Source of the DNA: Octopus sinensis
Taxonomy: Eukaryota
Assembly (NCBI RefSeq): GCF_006345805.1
Contig: NC_043011.1
Span: 39,444,464-39,508,463, forward strand
Direction of reading: 5' to 3'
DNA length: 64,000 nucleotides
A program made the position numbers and the translations under genes. The first letter of the stretch is position 1; each line of letters opens with the position of its first letter. Shown piece after piece: positions 26,581-39,183 of the stretch. The notes beneath the pieces were generated by a model that saw only the letters and a list, made by a program, of their open reading frames with translations, did not search any database and had not been told where the DNA came from.

Positions 26581-28589
26581 GGGTTATATGTTTAATATTT
26601 GTCCAATTCACATTTATAGCATCATATGCATCTTGATGTATATGAAATAAATTTAATGTTTAGTAAATGTGTGTATGCACACACACACACACACATACCA
26701 ACATATATGTGTGGACACATACACGTGTTGACATCTGCTTTGTGAGCATAGTTGTACACATATATATCTTTATATACACTAAATTTTGCTTAAGTGTCCG
26801 AGGAAACAATGATCACACTTGTGTGTGGTTTGATTCCAGGATAAATAAGTCGTATTTAGAAGAAAACTGGAAAAATTGAAAAAGGAGACAAACGCTCGGG
26901 TTGTTATTAAAACATATCTTCACATCATCTACATATGTTTCGAATTATGGTCAGCTATGCATAGCTGACCATAATTCTTCTTCTTGGACATATTTTGAAT
27001 GCATCCATCGAAACATATGTAGAAGATATGCTTTAATAACATCCTGAGCGTTTGTTTCCTTTTTAGGTTTTTCCTATTTATACACTATATACATCTCACT
27101 GTATATACATATTTGTATACACACACCTATATATATGTGTGTATGTATATATTTAGCCTTCATTTTATTATTTGTTAACCTTTTTTGCTTCTGTATTTAT
27201 TTTTTTCTTCCTTTCCTTTTCTTGCCCCCTTTCTGAATTTTTTTGTTCTTTATTTTCAATAATTTTTCTTTTTTTTTTTTGTTCTGTATTTCTTTGTGTC
27301 ACTGACCAAAAGTTGGATAACTTGGCCATGAAGGTTGATCTCTGAACATAAAATTATAATTTTTCTTCCATTTTCCCTGTTGTTGTTGTTGTTATTATTT
27401 ATTATCATTTTATCATTGATGTTATTCCACCGAAGTCGACTTTGCCTTTCTTTATGGGGGTCAATGTAATCAACTTAGTCGCTTCAACTAAATTTGCTGG
27501 CTTTGTGCTAAACTTTAAAACCATTATTAAGGCGGCAAGCTGGCAGAAACGCTAGTATCAGCTAGCCCTTTCCCTGGCAACTGTTGACCTTGTAACTAAA
27601 TTAGAAACAGCTACTACTATTACTACTGCTACTACTATTAATCTAAGTTTTAATCACTAAAAATGTTATTCCTACTCACTTACACGCCACCTTATCTTAA
27701 GTCCAAACCACACTCCCTACATTTTCTCCGCTTCCCCAAACAAACTTGCTCAGGAAGCTTAACTGTTGATCACCAAATTTGTAGTCAATGAACCATTTGA
27801 GACTGAATATATGGTATTTAAGTAGGTCTGTATTCTGTGGTTAGCTATCATACACCAAAGTTAAAGTGTCACTAGTATGATTAATCAGTGTGAGTCAGCA
27901 CCTTATTTCCAAAGCTGTAGCAGCCAGATTTCATAATACATGTGCAGTGTATATGTATGTATACACGCATACACACACACACACACACACACACACATGC
28001 GCATACTCTTCATCTGAAATGCTAGGTGACTGTCACTTTGAATTTTCACTGGCAGAAGCTCATCAGGCTATCTAAGAAACCATGGTTAGTGACATTTCGA
28101 AGTTTCAGCCTCCACATTTCGTTTGAATAAAGCATTTAGACTAGACTGTATGCCCGTATTGAGTCCTTCATTCGTTTATGTTACCCGTTGTTTCAAGGCT
28201 TCTCATAAACATACACTTCAGTTATGTAAATCCCGGAATACATCTGCATATTTATGAGGGATGACAGGGATTTCGAAGTTTCGGTCTGTTTGACAAAGGC
28301 TAGCAGACCAAAAACTTCTAAGTCACTGTCACCATAAGTAGAATATACTAAAGATATAGGCTGTACTTGATGGCAGAAATTGCTGACCTATTAAAACTTT
28401 TGTGCTATTTTGATTATGTCCCTTCAAATTTCCTTTTATGCCTCCTTCGATTTTTTACTCATCCAAGTTTAATAAATCGAATACTGAGATTGATATAACC
28501 GTGTCCCCTAGCCCAACGAACTATACATAGATGGATTGTACCTCCAGCATAGCCAGTCAAATAAGTGAAACCAGTAATAAAAATTTGTG

Positions 28590-28643
<54 letters not shown>

Positions 28644-28951
28644 AACGTATACACAATAGTGGTGAACGGTGAAAACGAGTGCTCAACTGCATTTGGTAGG
28701 TATGTATATACTTTATTTTGTGGATTACTGATGTTAACATCGGCTTCATGCGGGAAATTCTGAAATTTCCAAGTATTCCACTTAATGCTGGTAATCTCAT
28801 CCAACATGGAAAGCAATTATCAACATTCCTAAATAGAACACTTGACAATTGTAGAAGTAACCCGCATGAAACCATTGGTAGCATTATTAATCCCTAAATA
28901 AGCAGTGTGTTATATATATATTTAAGTAGTTGAATGACATAAGTTCCTTGT

Positions 28952-29034
28952 CTCTCCTGATGAGAAGGCAGCATAATGCACCCCTTATTCCTTCGAAATT
29001 AGAAATATGCAGCCTTCGAAACATATGTCGAGAG
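28952..29034 (+). ncRNA. Type I hammerhead ribozyme motif, intact consensus core (Penelope-like element type)
   Basis: Stem I CTCTC/GAGAG. CTGATGA 28957-28963. Stem II GAAGGC/GCCTTC plus GCATA/TATGC. GAAA, palindromic stem III ACATATGT, GTC cleavage triplet ending 29029. Confidence 0.85.
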
Positions 29035-29075
29035 TAAAGGAATTTTGTTAAATCGTCGTTCAACTCCATTCTTTC

Positions 29076-29142
<67 letters not shown>

Positions 29143-30078
29143 ATATGCATACATCAACAGTCAGTCATGTTTCAAGTTATCAAAAGGAATTTAACATAGA
29201 TGCGCAAGTATGTACGTGTATTTAAATATATCTTTGTGTAAGAGTGTACACGTGAGAGAGAGAGATAGGAGAGAAGCATGTGTGTGTCACTGGTGTGTTT
29301 GCTTGTCGCTGATTGAAGAGGAACAGCCTCAGATTAGAAGAGTGCGAAAGATGAGTATTACCACTTCAACATTTCCTAGCTCTTCTTGCTTTCTGGCTGT
29401 TGTTAGTCACTTACTGGGCTTTATATCAAAAAAATATATATTATTTATAATATTATATATATATATATATGTATGGTATAACATGTATATAAATATACGT
29501 ATAGATATAACATTATATAGATATACCTATATATATATGATATAACGTATATATGTGTATGTATATATGTCTATATATATATGTGTATATATATATGTGT
29601 ATGTTTATGTATGTATTTGTATGTATATGTGTGTATATATATGTATATATACATGTGTATATATATCAATATATATGTATATATACATGTGTGTATATAT
29701 ATGTATTTATATATATATGTATATATATAAGTATGTATTTATGTATGTATATATATGTGTATATATAAGTATGTATATATATATGTATCCGTATATGTAT
29801 CTGTGTGTGTATATATATGTATATATATATATACGTGTATATATATGTATATATATATATATGTGTGTATATATGTATATATATATATGCATATGTATAA
29901 TGTGTGTGTGTATGTAAATACTTACAGACCTATATCCAGAATTAAATTTGTACACAATGAACCTTTGAAAGTTGAAGTGCACACACTTTGAGGTTCGGTC
30001 ATTTATATCCAGACATTACCACACTTAAATGCATATTCAACACACATACACTAAATCCGTACATCAGCCTTTTCTTCC

Positions 30079-30114
<36 letters not shown>

Positions 30115-31134
30115 GTTATCATCTTCATCGTCATCATCATCGTTGATAAGGGTGGATTATTGACAGAATTGGTAGATCATCGGACAAAATACATCGCAAT
30201 ATTTGTGTCTTGCTTACATTCTGAGTTCAGTTCCCGCCAAGGTTGACTTTACCTTTAATCCTTCCAGGGTCGATAAAATAAAGTACCAGTCATGTTACTG
30301 GGGTCGATACATATATATATATATATAATATAATCGACTGCTCCATCCCCCACGAAGATTTTGAGGCTTTACGCCTCCATGTTAGTAACCATCATCATTG
30401 TTATTATTTTTACTATTATTATTATTTTAATTATTATTCTTATTAATTATTACTCTCAAAATTTTTTTTAATTCAAGCCGTTCCTTCAGAAAATAAAAAT
30501 AATAATTTAAAAAAACAATTGATCATAATAAAGTTTTAAATTAAAAAAATAATTCGCAGTTATTTTCAAAAAAAAAAAAAAATGAAATAAAGACTTCCTT
30601 TTTTTTTTTCTAAAATGGAAAAAAAAAGAAAATTTCTTTCCTAAACTCTAAGCCTCTACCCCAACCCCTCACTTCCACACCCAGATCTCTCCAAGAAGAT
30701 GAAAAATGAAAAGAAAAAAAACAATCCAATTTCTCTCTTTCTCTCAGTCTGTCTCTATCTCCGATGGAAACTGGATCCTTTTACTTGCAATTGAATAATA
30801 ATAATAATAATATTCCATTTTATTACAATGAAGTTGAATATTTTTTGAAGACTTTGCTTTGAAATAAAGAAAAACAGAACCCCCCACCCCTCAAATAAAA
30901 AAAAAAGATAATATGAATGAATAATCATTAATTAATAAAAATCATTTGTTTTAAATTGTTTTCAGAATTGTCTGTTCTTGTACATGGAAAACCCCCCCAA
31001 AAAAATGTCACACGCACTCTCTTCGGAAGAAAAAAAAAGTTGGTGGGGCTGGGGAGGGGTTAAAAACCCACTGGGTAGAACAATATAGATATATATATAT
31101 ATGTATATAAAATATAATATAATATGTGAAGTCT

Positions 31135-31435
31135 CATGGCTCAGTGGTTAGAGCGTCGTGAGGTTGTGAGTTCGATTCCCGGACCGGGCTGCATGTTGTG
31201 TTCTTGAGCAAGACACTTTATTTCACGTTGCTCCAGTTATGAGTTGCGACATCACTGGTGCCAAGCCGTATTGGCCTTTTCCTCTCCCTTGGATAACATC
31301 AGTGGTGTCGAGAGGGGAGGCTGGTGTGCATGGGCAACTGCTGGCCTTCCATAAATAACCTTACCCGGACTTGTGCTTCGGGGGGTAACTTTCTAGGTGC
31401 AATCCCATGGTCTTTCATGACCGATGGGGTCTCCC
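31135..31435 (+). mobile_element. tRNA-derived SINE, family D (related: 18345-18640 +, 42075-42250 -)
   Basis: Head tggctcagtggttag...gagttcgattcccggacc...ttgagcaagacactttatttcacgttgctccag. Body shared among the copies. Confidence 0.75.
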
Positions 31436-31647
31436 ATAATATAAAATACATCAGTTGTGTGTGTAGGTGCGTGTCCTGTGGTTAGTGGACAGGGTGGTTC
31501 GTTGTGTTAAGCAAAATACATCTCACGTTGCTCCGCGAGCGCTTCAGTGTCTGGTGTGTGACATTCTATGGACCTGTACAAGCAATGTCGATTTGATGGA
31601 TGGAGTGAGCTTATATAGAGCACATTCATATTGGATCACATATTGGT

Positions 31648-31740
31648 CTACAGCAGTGCTTGGAAGGAAGGTGTGTATTGTGTGATCCTCGCATTGACCA
31701 TGACAGAAAGCTGAGAAGAGAATCTGCATCAAATTTTGCC
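31648..31740 (+). mobile_element. Short 5' fragment of the same mariner family
   Basis: tctacagcagtgc.tggaaggaagg...gcattgaccatgacaga...gagaatctgcatca matches 32708-32790. Confidence 0.75.
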
Positions 31741-32564
31741 CAATGATATAAACATCATCTGTGTAGTTTGTTTGGCAAGAAATTGCTGAACCCTCGCTTG
31801 TTTATCAGGAGAATCCACCCTGTATGCATGCATTTGTGATTCTCCATCACAAAGGGTAAATATATTTAAATGCACATTCACACACACATACGTTATTTTT
31901 TACAAGGTAAAGGACAAGAAGTACTTCAGTTTCATCGTCATTAGTCTGACGAAGACGACTTTGTTGAAACGGCGAAGTAACTGTCAAACTTCTTGTAAAA
32001 ATAAAAGGAATGTGTTAATTTAATTAAAGGTTTTGAGTGATCTTCTGATTATTTTTTATATTTAATTATGCATAAAAAACAGTATATATTGAAAACGAAA
32101 GGAAAGTTACTTTGAGAATTTTATCGCAAATTGAAGGAAAAATATTCACATTTTTATCAAAAGTGCTACCGGTATCAATTGTTTAAGTTGATTTAGTCAT
32201 GCAATATGAGAAGGGAAAAATAAGCGAGATAAAGTAATCTTTCATGACATCAGCTTTGGAAATTCACGCGTACACATCAATGTGTTTATGTGTATGTATG
32301 TAATTTAACGTCCGTTTTCCATGCTGACATAGGTTGGGCGGTTTGACCGGAACCAGCGAGGTAGAAGAACATATTAATGTATGTATGTGAGAGTGAGAAC
32401 AAAGTAGGAGTGTGTTTGTAATTAATGAGTAAATTCTGTTTTAATTTTTATAAATTGTACTCTAATCTCTCAAAGTATGTAGATCAGTGAAAGAAACTCG
32501 GACCATAGTACAAGTTCTCGTCCAAATATTCTTTCATCGTGAACTTCTGCAATATATATATATA

Positions 32565-33350
32565 AGTGGTCTGATCAATAAGTATCCAGACTGATGCCAT
32601 AGTAACGAACCTAAAGCATGCAGAGAGTGAAGCCGATTGGCACAGATTGACGTTGAACCCTTCTGTGCATGTGCACTAAGTTTTAACGTTCTAGTTCACT
32701 TCCATTGTCTACAGCAGTGCCTGGAAGGAAGGTTTGTATCGTCGCATTGACCATGACAGAGAAAATTGAGCAGAGAATCTGCATCAGATTTTGCTCAAAG
32801 CTTGGCGATACCTGCTCAGAGGCCTACGCAAGTATTTCAAAACGTTTTCATCGTCCTCGACACAATCAAGGAGATCTTGCGCAACTGAAACCCGGGTATC
32901 TTTTTCGTCAGCTGGAAGCAGTTTTGGCACAAGCACGGCAGACACGCGTCTTATACCCAAATCTTTAGTAATAATGGACTGAACTGAACCGTAACTAATC
33001 TGCACATCCTCTGATAACTCACAGATGGTGATTCGACGATTTCCCCTCACAGCTGCACGCACATCTGCGATGTTTTTCTCAGTTCTGCTGGTTGCGGGTC
33101 TCCTAGAACGTTCACCACTATCGACGTTTTTTCTGCCATCTTGGAAACTCGTACACTTGTGTACGGCACATATACTCCTCTCCATTCCCTTTCTGCAAAT
33201 TTGCGTCGGCCTCTGAGCAGGTATCGCCATGACAACTTTCTCTGTCGTGGCCAATGCGACGATCACACTCTACACACCTTCCTTCTTTACTCTGCGTGCT
33301 TTAGCTTCGTTACTATGGCAACAGTCCAGGTACTTATTGATCAGACCTCC
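32565..33350. mobile_element. Mariner-family non-autonomous element made of two 5' ends in inverted orientation
   Basis: TA flanks (32563-64, 33351-52) and TIRs ggtctgatcaataagta.... The + arm encodes MTEKIEQRICIRFCSKLGDTCSEAYA. The - arm encodes mariner HTH/linker FQDGRKNVDSGERSRRPATSRTEKNI...RRVSAVLVPKLL. Confidence 0.9.
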
Positions 33351-33848
33351 TATATAATATGTGTGTTTGTGTATAACAAAAATCAATTCTATTAACTGAA
33401 AATTAGTTCGACAAAAGAAGATGTACCATGTTTTCTGGTAAAATAAATCTTAAAAACTTAACGTACATTCTACACACTGATGCTTGAATTTTTTTCTTTT
33501 GTAAGCCAGCGGAGGTCACCGTGACTTATTGTGGCTCCATAGCATAGAAAGTAAAAGAAAATATACCGACTATTAGAGATCACTAGTAAAAAAAAACAAA
33601 CATCCTAGTAATGTATGTGGTAGTACTGAGTCTTGGCTTTTATTTTTATTTTTTTCAAAAATTTGAGTCAAAATTGGTGATCAGAACAAGATTGTTGCTG
33701 GAAATAGCAGGTAAGTTAGAGAACCATAACGATGAGAAGAATCATATATTTTAAGCAGTCTTTTTCAAGAGATGAATTCTTCTGTAAATCATCAATCTTA
33801 TTCTTTAAAATAACACATCGCTCATTTGCCGTTTTACTATGGTCTTTT

Positions 33849-33968
<120 letters not shown>

Positions 33969-34174
33969 CAAAACCCAACGGAATTCTTTTCGAACTCTTG
34001 AAACACTCAACATTTTCAATGTTCTAACAAGGTAGCCTTTTCTTTTCTACATGGTCACTTAACCCTTCTACTAGAAATAGCAGTTCATCTTCAAATCGCG
34101 TTCTGCTGTCTTGAAAGAGTGGCAGATGTAGTATGCAATACATTTAATAGATGGTATAATCATGATTGAATGAC

Positions 34175-34584
34175 TTTACTCTTTTACTCTCTTTTACTTG
34201 TTTCAGTCATTTGACTGTGGCCATGCCTTTAGTCGATCAAATCGACCCCAGGACTTATTCTTTGTAAGCCCAGTACTTATTCTATCGGTCTCATTTACCG
34301 AACCGCTAAGTTACGGAGACGTAAACACACCAGCATTGGTTGTCAAGCAATGTTGGGGGGGGGACAAACACTGACACACAAACATACACGCGCACACACG
34401 CATATATATATATACACACATATATACGACGGGCTTCTTTCAGTTTCCGTCTACCAAATCCACTCACAAGGCTTTAGTCTGCCCGAGGCTATAGTAGAAG
34501 ACACTTGCCTAAGTTGTCACGTAGTGGGACTGAACCCGGAACCATGTGGTTGGTAAGCAAGCTACTTACCACACAGCCACTCCT
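34175..34584 (-). mobile_element. Family A SINE. Further copies or fragments at ~35990-36200(-), 38760-39050(+), 39936-40302(+), 45801-46095(+), 46597-46979(+), 49590-49985(-), 53355-53518(-), 55005-55163(-)
   Basis: Direct sequence similarity among the copies. Confidence 0.85.
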
Positions 34585-34767
34585 AATAAATTTCTTTTTT
34601 CGAGATTGATCTGAAGTTAACCTTTTGCTTCCCATGTGTTTCATATATGATACTCGGGACATATTTCTCCAGATGTCCATACATCATATGTGTTACACAT
34701 TCCCAGTTTTTTCGACTAAGAGATTTACTTTATACTTATAAAAGAAAAACTTGATATTACTCAGACC

Positions 34768-35629
34768 CAAGGGCTAACGGATCATTTGAAACAAGAACTA
34801 ACGGATTGTTTGAAACAAGGGTTAACTGATCATTTGAAACAAGGGCTAACTGATTATTTGAAACCAGGGTTACCCGATCATTTGAAATAAGGGTTAACTG
34901 ATTATATGAAACCAGGGGTAACTGATTATTTGAAACCAGGGTTACCCGATCATTTGAAACAAGGGCTGACGGATCATTTGAAATAAGGGTTAAATTATCA
35001 TTTGAAACAAGGGGTAACTGATCATTTGAAACAAGGGCTAACTGATTATATGAAACCAGGGCTAACTGATTATTTGAAACCAGGGTTACCCGATCATTTG
35101 AAACAAGGGCTGACGGCTCATTTGAAATAAGGGTTAAATGATCATTTGAAACAAAGGGTAACTGATTATATGAAACCAGGGCTAACTGATTATTTGAAAC
35201 CAGGGTTAACCGATCATTTGAAACAAGAACTAACGGATTGTTTCAAACAAGGGTTAACTGATCATTTGAAACAAGGGTGAACTGATTATTTGAAACCAGG
35301 GTTAACCGATCATTTGAAACCAGGGTTACCCGATCATTTGAAACAAGGGCTGACGGATCATTTGAAATAAGGGTTAAATGATCATTTGAAACAAAGGGTA
35401 ATTGATTATATGAAACCAGGGCTAACTGATTATTTGAAACCAGGGTTACCCGATCATTTGAAACAAGGGCTGACGGATCATTTGAGATAAGGGTTAAATG
35501 ATCATTTGAAACAAGGGGTAACTGATTATATGAAACTAGGGCTAACCGATCATTTGAAACAAGGGTTAAATGATCATCCGAAACGGGCTAATGGATCATT
35601 TAAAACAAAGGCTAACGGGTCATTTGAAA
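34768..35629. repeat. 24-bp minisatellite, ~36 units, consensus caagggctaactgatcatttgaaa
   Basis: Exact 24-bp register for 34 units; variant units recur with a ~120-bp higher-order period. Confidence 0.95.
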
Positions 35630-36215
35630 ATAAGCATGACCGTTTAGAACAAACTTAGTATAAAACCTTGGACGGATAAAGTGTTAAACAGGCACAGTTG
35701 CATTACTGTTGTCCAGAATACAGCATATGTGATGCCGATACGTGTTTAATAAGCAGGGGATTGGTTTTGAGTCGTTACTGAGTTGTCTCGAACATGTGGA
35801 CTTGGTTTACTTTGTGTGTGCCAGTCTGATGACGGCGAAAAAACTTCAAAGTAATTGTCAACTTGTAAAAACTGAATATTTGTACCCTGTTAACAGGATT
35901 GAGTTGGCCTTCAGTTTTAATGCTAAAATATTTTTTATATATATAGCGATATAAAAACAAACACACACATACATACATGTATATATATTCTTTTATTTTT
36001 TTTTTACTTGTTTCAGTCATTTGACTGCGGCCATGCTGGAGCACCGCCTTTAATCGAACAATTCGCCCCCAGGACTTATTCTTTGTAAGCCTAGTGCTTA
36101 TTCTATCGGTTCTCTTTTGCCGAACCGCTAAGTTATGAGGACGTAAACACACCAGCATCGGTGTCAAGTGATGGTGGCGGACAAAGCACAGACACGCAAA
36201 TACATACATACACAC

Positions 36216-36278
<63 letters not shown>

Positions 36279-36559
36279 TATAGATATATATATATACACA
36301 TATATAGATATAGATATATATACATACGCACCCATGAATAGATACATAATATTATATTATGTTGTATTTTGCCACAAATGTATTTGTGCGTAGAAATTAA
36401 TTAAATTTACATATTTCTATGTACATATACAAAGAATTCATTAGTTGTGCTTCTTATTATTGCTATAACACATTAAAATAAAGTTAGACTACATTGTATA
36501 TAGAACAATAACCTCTGCTCAAAAACGTTAAGTCCAATGCTACCAGGATTTTCGTAAAC

Positions 36560-36880
36560 GTTAACTATATTTACTTCCATATTTATCATAAAGTGTTTAA
36601 CAGAAACACCAGGAAGGTGAGCTACAGTTGCACTAGAACTTTTACTGGTTTACAGCCAGCATAAACAAAAGAAAATTTAGCGCGACTGCCTCAATTTTTG
36701 CCTTCTTTCAAAGTTATTTGTTTGTCGTGCTAAAGTCCTTCTTACACATAAAAGTGAAACAAAAAGTTTCACAGGATTACAGTCAATACCTTTAAAATAC
36801 ATTCTCGAAACATAACATTCAGACACTTAGAAGACACCTTATCATCTCACAATACAAATAAATCTAGAATTTGAAGTATG
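36560..36880 (+). pseudogene. Decayed Penelope-like (Neptune-type) retroelement ORF: RT C-terminus/linker and start of GIY-YIG
   Basis: 36587-36631 translates HKVFNRNTRKVSYSC (cf. HKIFNRNTxKVSYSC of Penelope-like elements). Downstream frameshifted pieces read KSFTGL / NTFK / FRH / TLSSH. Confidence 0.7.
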
Positions 36881-37519
36881 ATAGTAACAATTACTTAATC
36901 CAATATTGAGCATGCGTTCGTGTGATATTTTTCTTGGAGAAGTATAACATTCCTGTTACAGTCTCTCGAAACAAAAGACTGGAATTGGTGAATTCCAGTC
37001 TACTCATATTGAAGGATTTCCAAATATTAACTGTAATAGTTATTTCCTATTTGAAGAAATTTGCCATACTCTGAAAAATAGGCACATTTTAAAAGAACAT
37101 CATCTATTTAAAAAAAAAACTGTATTAACAATACACACTTTCCTTGATTGTGTGTGTTTTACACATATGATATTGAAGACATGAAAATATAACTTTCTTT
37201 CACGTGAATCGAAAAATGCATTGTGTGTTTTACGTCAAGCCACTCAATAGACGAACATGTGACAGCAGTCAACAAGATCTCGATGATTGTCTAATTGCGC
37301 TGTCTTTACGAATATTTTAAATTTCTGTTTATCTTTTAGTCATTAGAATTAATCAGCAACGAGAATTTGTGTACACGGAAGAGAATGCAATTAATACATG
37401 GAATTTAATTTAATTTAATCATTCCTTTTGGTAATATGGTTCACGTTTGAATAAGATCCAAATAGTTTGAATTGAAATTATGCATCACTCGGCTTCTGTT
37501 CTCAAACATATGATCTCTC

Positions 37520-38460
37520 CAAGAGTTAGAAATTCAAAACAGCTTGTGTGTGTGGTGTGTGTGTTTGTTCGCGCGTGCGTGCGTGCATGCGTGTGTATGT
37601 GTGTGTGTGTTCGTGCGTGCATGCGTTTGTGTGTGTGTGTGTGTGTGTGTGCGTGCGTGCGTGCATGCGTGTCTGTGTGAGAGAAAGAGAGAGGAAGAAA
37701 GACAGTACGTGTGTGTGTGTGTGCGTGAGTGCTTGTGTGTGAGAGAGAGAAAAGATACAGCATGTGCGCTCATGTGTGTGTTGTATGCGTGCGTGTGTGT
37801 TTGTGTGTGTGTAAGAGAGAGAGATAATAGCTTGTGTGCATGTGTACGTGTTTGTGTGTCTGTGTGAGAGGAAGAAGGTCAGTGTGAGTGTGCGTGTGTG
37901 TGTAGGAGAGAGAGAGAAAAAAGACAGCATATGCGTGTGTTGTGTGCGTGCGTCTGTGTGTGTGTAAGAGAGAGAGAGAGAGTAAAGCGTGTGTGCGTGC
38001 GTGTTTGTGTGTGCGTGCGTGCTTGTGTGTGTGAGAGAGAGTAAAGCGTGTTTGTGTATGTGTATGTGTATAGAGAGAGGAGGAAAGACAATGTGTGTGT
38101 GTGTGCACGCGTGTTTGTGTGTGTGTGAGAGAGAGAGAAAGAGAAAAGAGACAGCATGTACGCGCGTGTGTGTATTGTGTGCGTGCGTGTGTGTGTGTGT
38201 GTAAGAGAGAGAGAGAAAAACGTGTGTGCGTGTGTGTGTGTGCGTACGTGTCTGAGAGAAAGAGAGAGAGGAAGAAAGACAGTGTGTGTATGTATGCGTG
38301 CGTGTTTGTGTGTGTGAGAGAGAGAGAGTGAGAGAAGAGACAGCATATGCACGCGTGTGTGTATTGTGTGCGTGTAAGAGAGTGAGAGAGAGAAAAGCAT
38401 GTGTGCGCGCGTGTTTGTGCGTGTGTGTGTGTGCGTATGCGTGTATATGTGCGTATGTTC
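37520..38460. repeat. Compound (GT)n/(GC-GT)/(GA)n low-complexity array
   Basis: Alternating GT and GA blocks with recurring linkers gacagcatg / aagaaagacag. Confidence 0.9.
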
Positions 38461-39102
38461 GGGTATGTGTGAAAGTTCGTGGTCCAGCGGTTAGAGTGTT
38501 GTACTCACGATAGCAAGATCGCCGTTTCGATTCCCGAACCGAAAGGTATGCTATGTTCTTGAACCACACAAATCACGTTGCTCCAGTCCACTCAGCTGTA
38601 AAACGGGAACCATGCGATGGATGTGTGCCAGGTGCTAATACGCCAGGACAAAGCAGACCTTGAAGCAATAGTAGCTAAGAAGTGGTCCACACTCCTCATA
38701 ACCCTAGAAATCCCTAAACATGGACCCATTACTGGATGCAGTTTAAAGTTATATTCAGGTCATGCCTTTGGGGCATTGTGGTAAGAAGTTTCAGGTTCAG
38801 TCCCACTGCGTGGCACCTTGCGTGTCTGTGTGTTTGTCTGTGTGTGAGTGTGTGTCTGTGTTTGCCCCTCTCCACCATCACTTGACAACCGATATTAGTG
38901 TGTTTACGTCCCCATAACATTAGCGGTTCGGCAAAAGAGAACCGATAGAGCGAGTACTAGCCTTACAAAGAATAAGTCCTGGGATCGATTCGTTCGACTA
39001 AATGTGGTGCTCCAGTATGGCCGCAGTCAAATGACTGAAACAAGTAAAAGAATAAATGCTAATATAGCATTTTCTTCTACCTTGACTTATTTTCCTTATA
39101 CA

Positions 39103-39183
<81 letters not shown>

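Noticed and set aside
28459-28884. 141-aa minus-strand ORF beside the hammerhead
   Set aside because: Crosses a microsatellite and shows no RT or GIY-YIG motif I can recognise on either strand.
34768-35629. CRISPR-like regular repeat
   Set aside because: Units are contiguous with no unique spacers, and the context is eukaryotic.
36976-37001. Perfect 11-bp hairpin agactggaatt-ggtg-aattccagtct
   Set aside because: Real but isolated. No CTRR end follows to support a Helitron terminus, and there is no other functional context.
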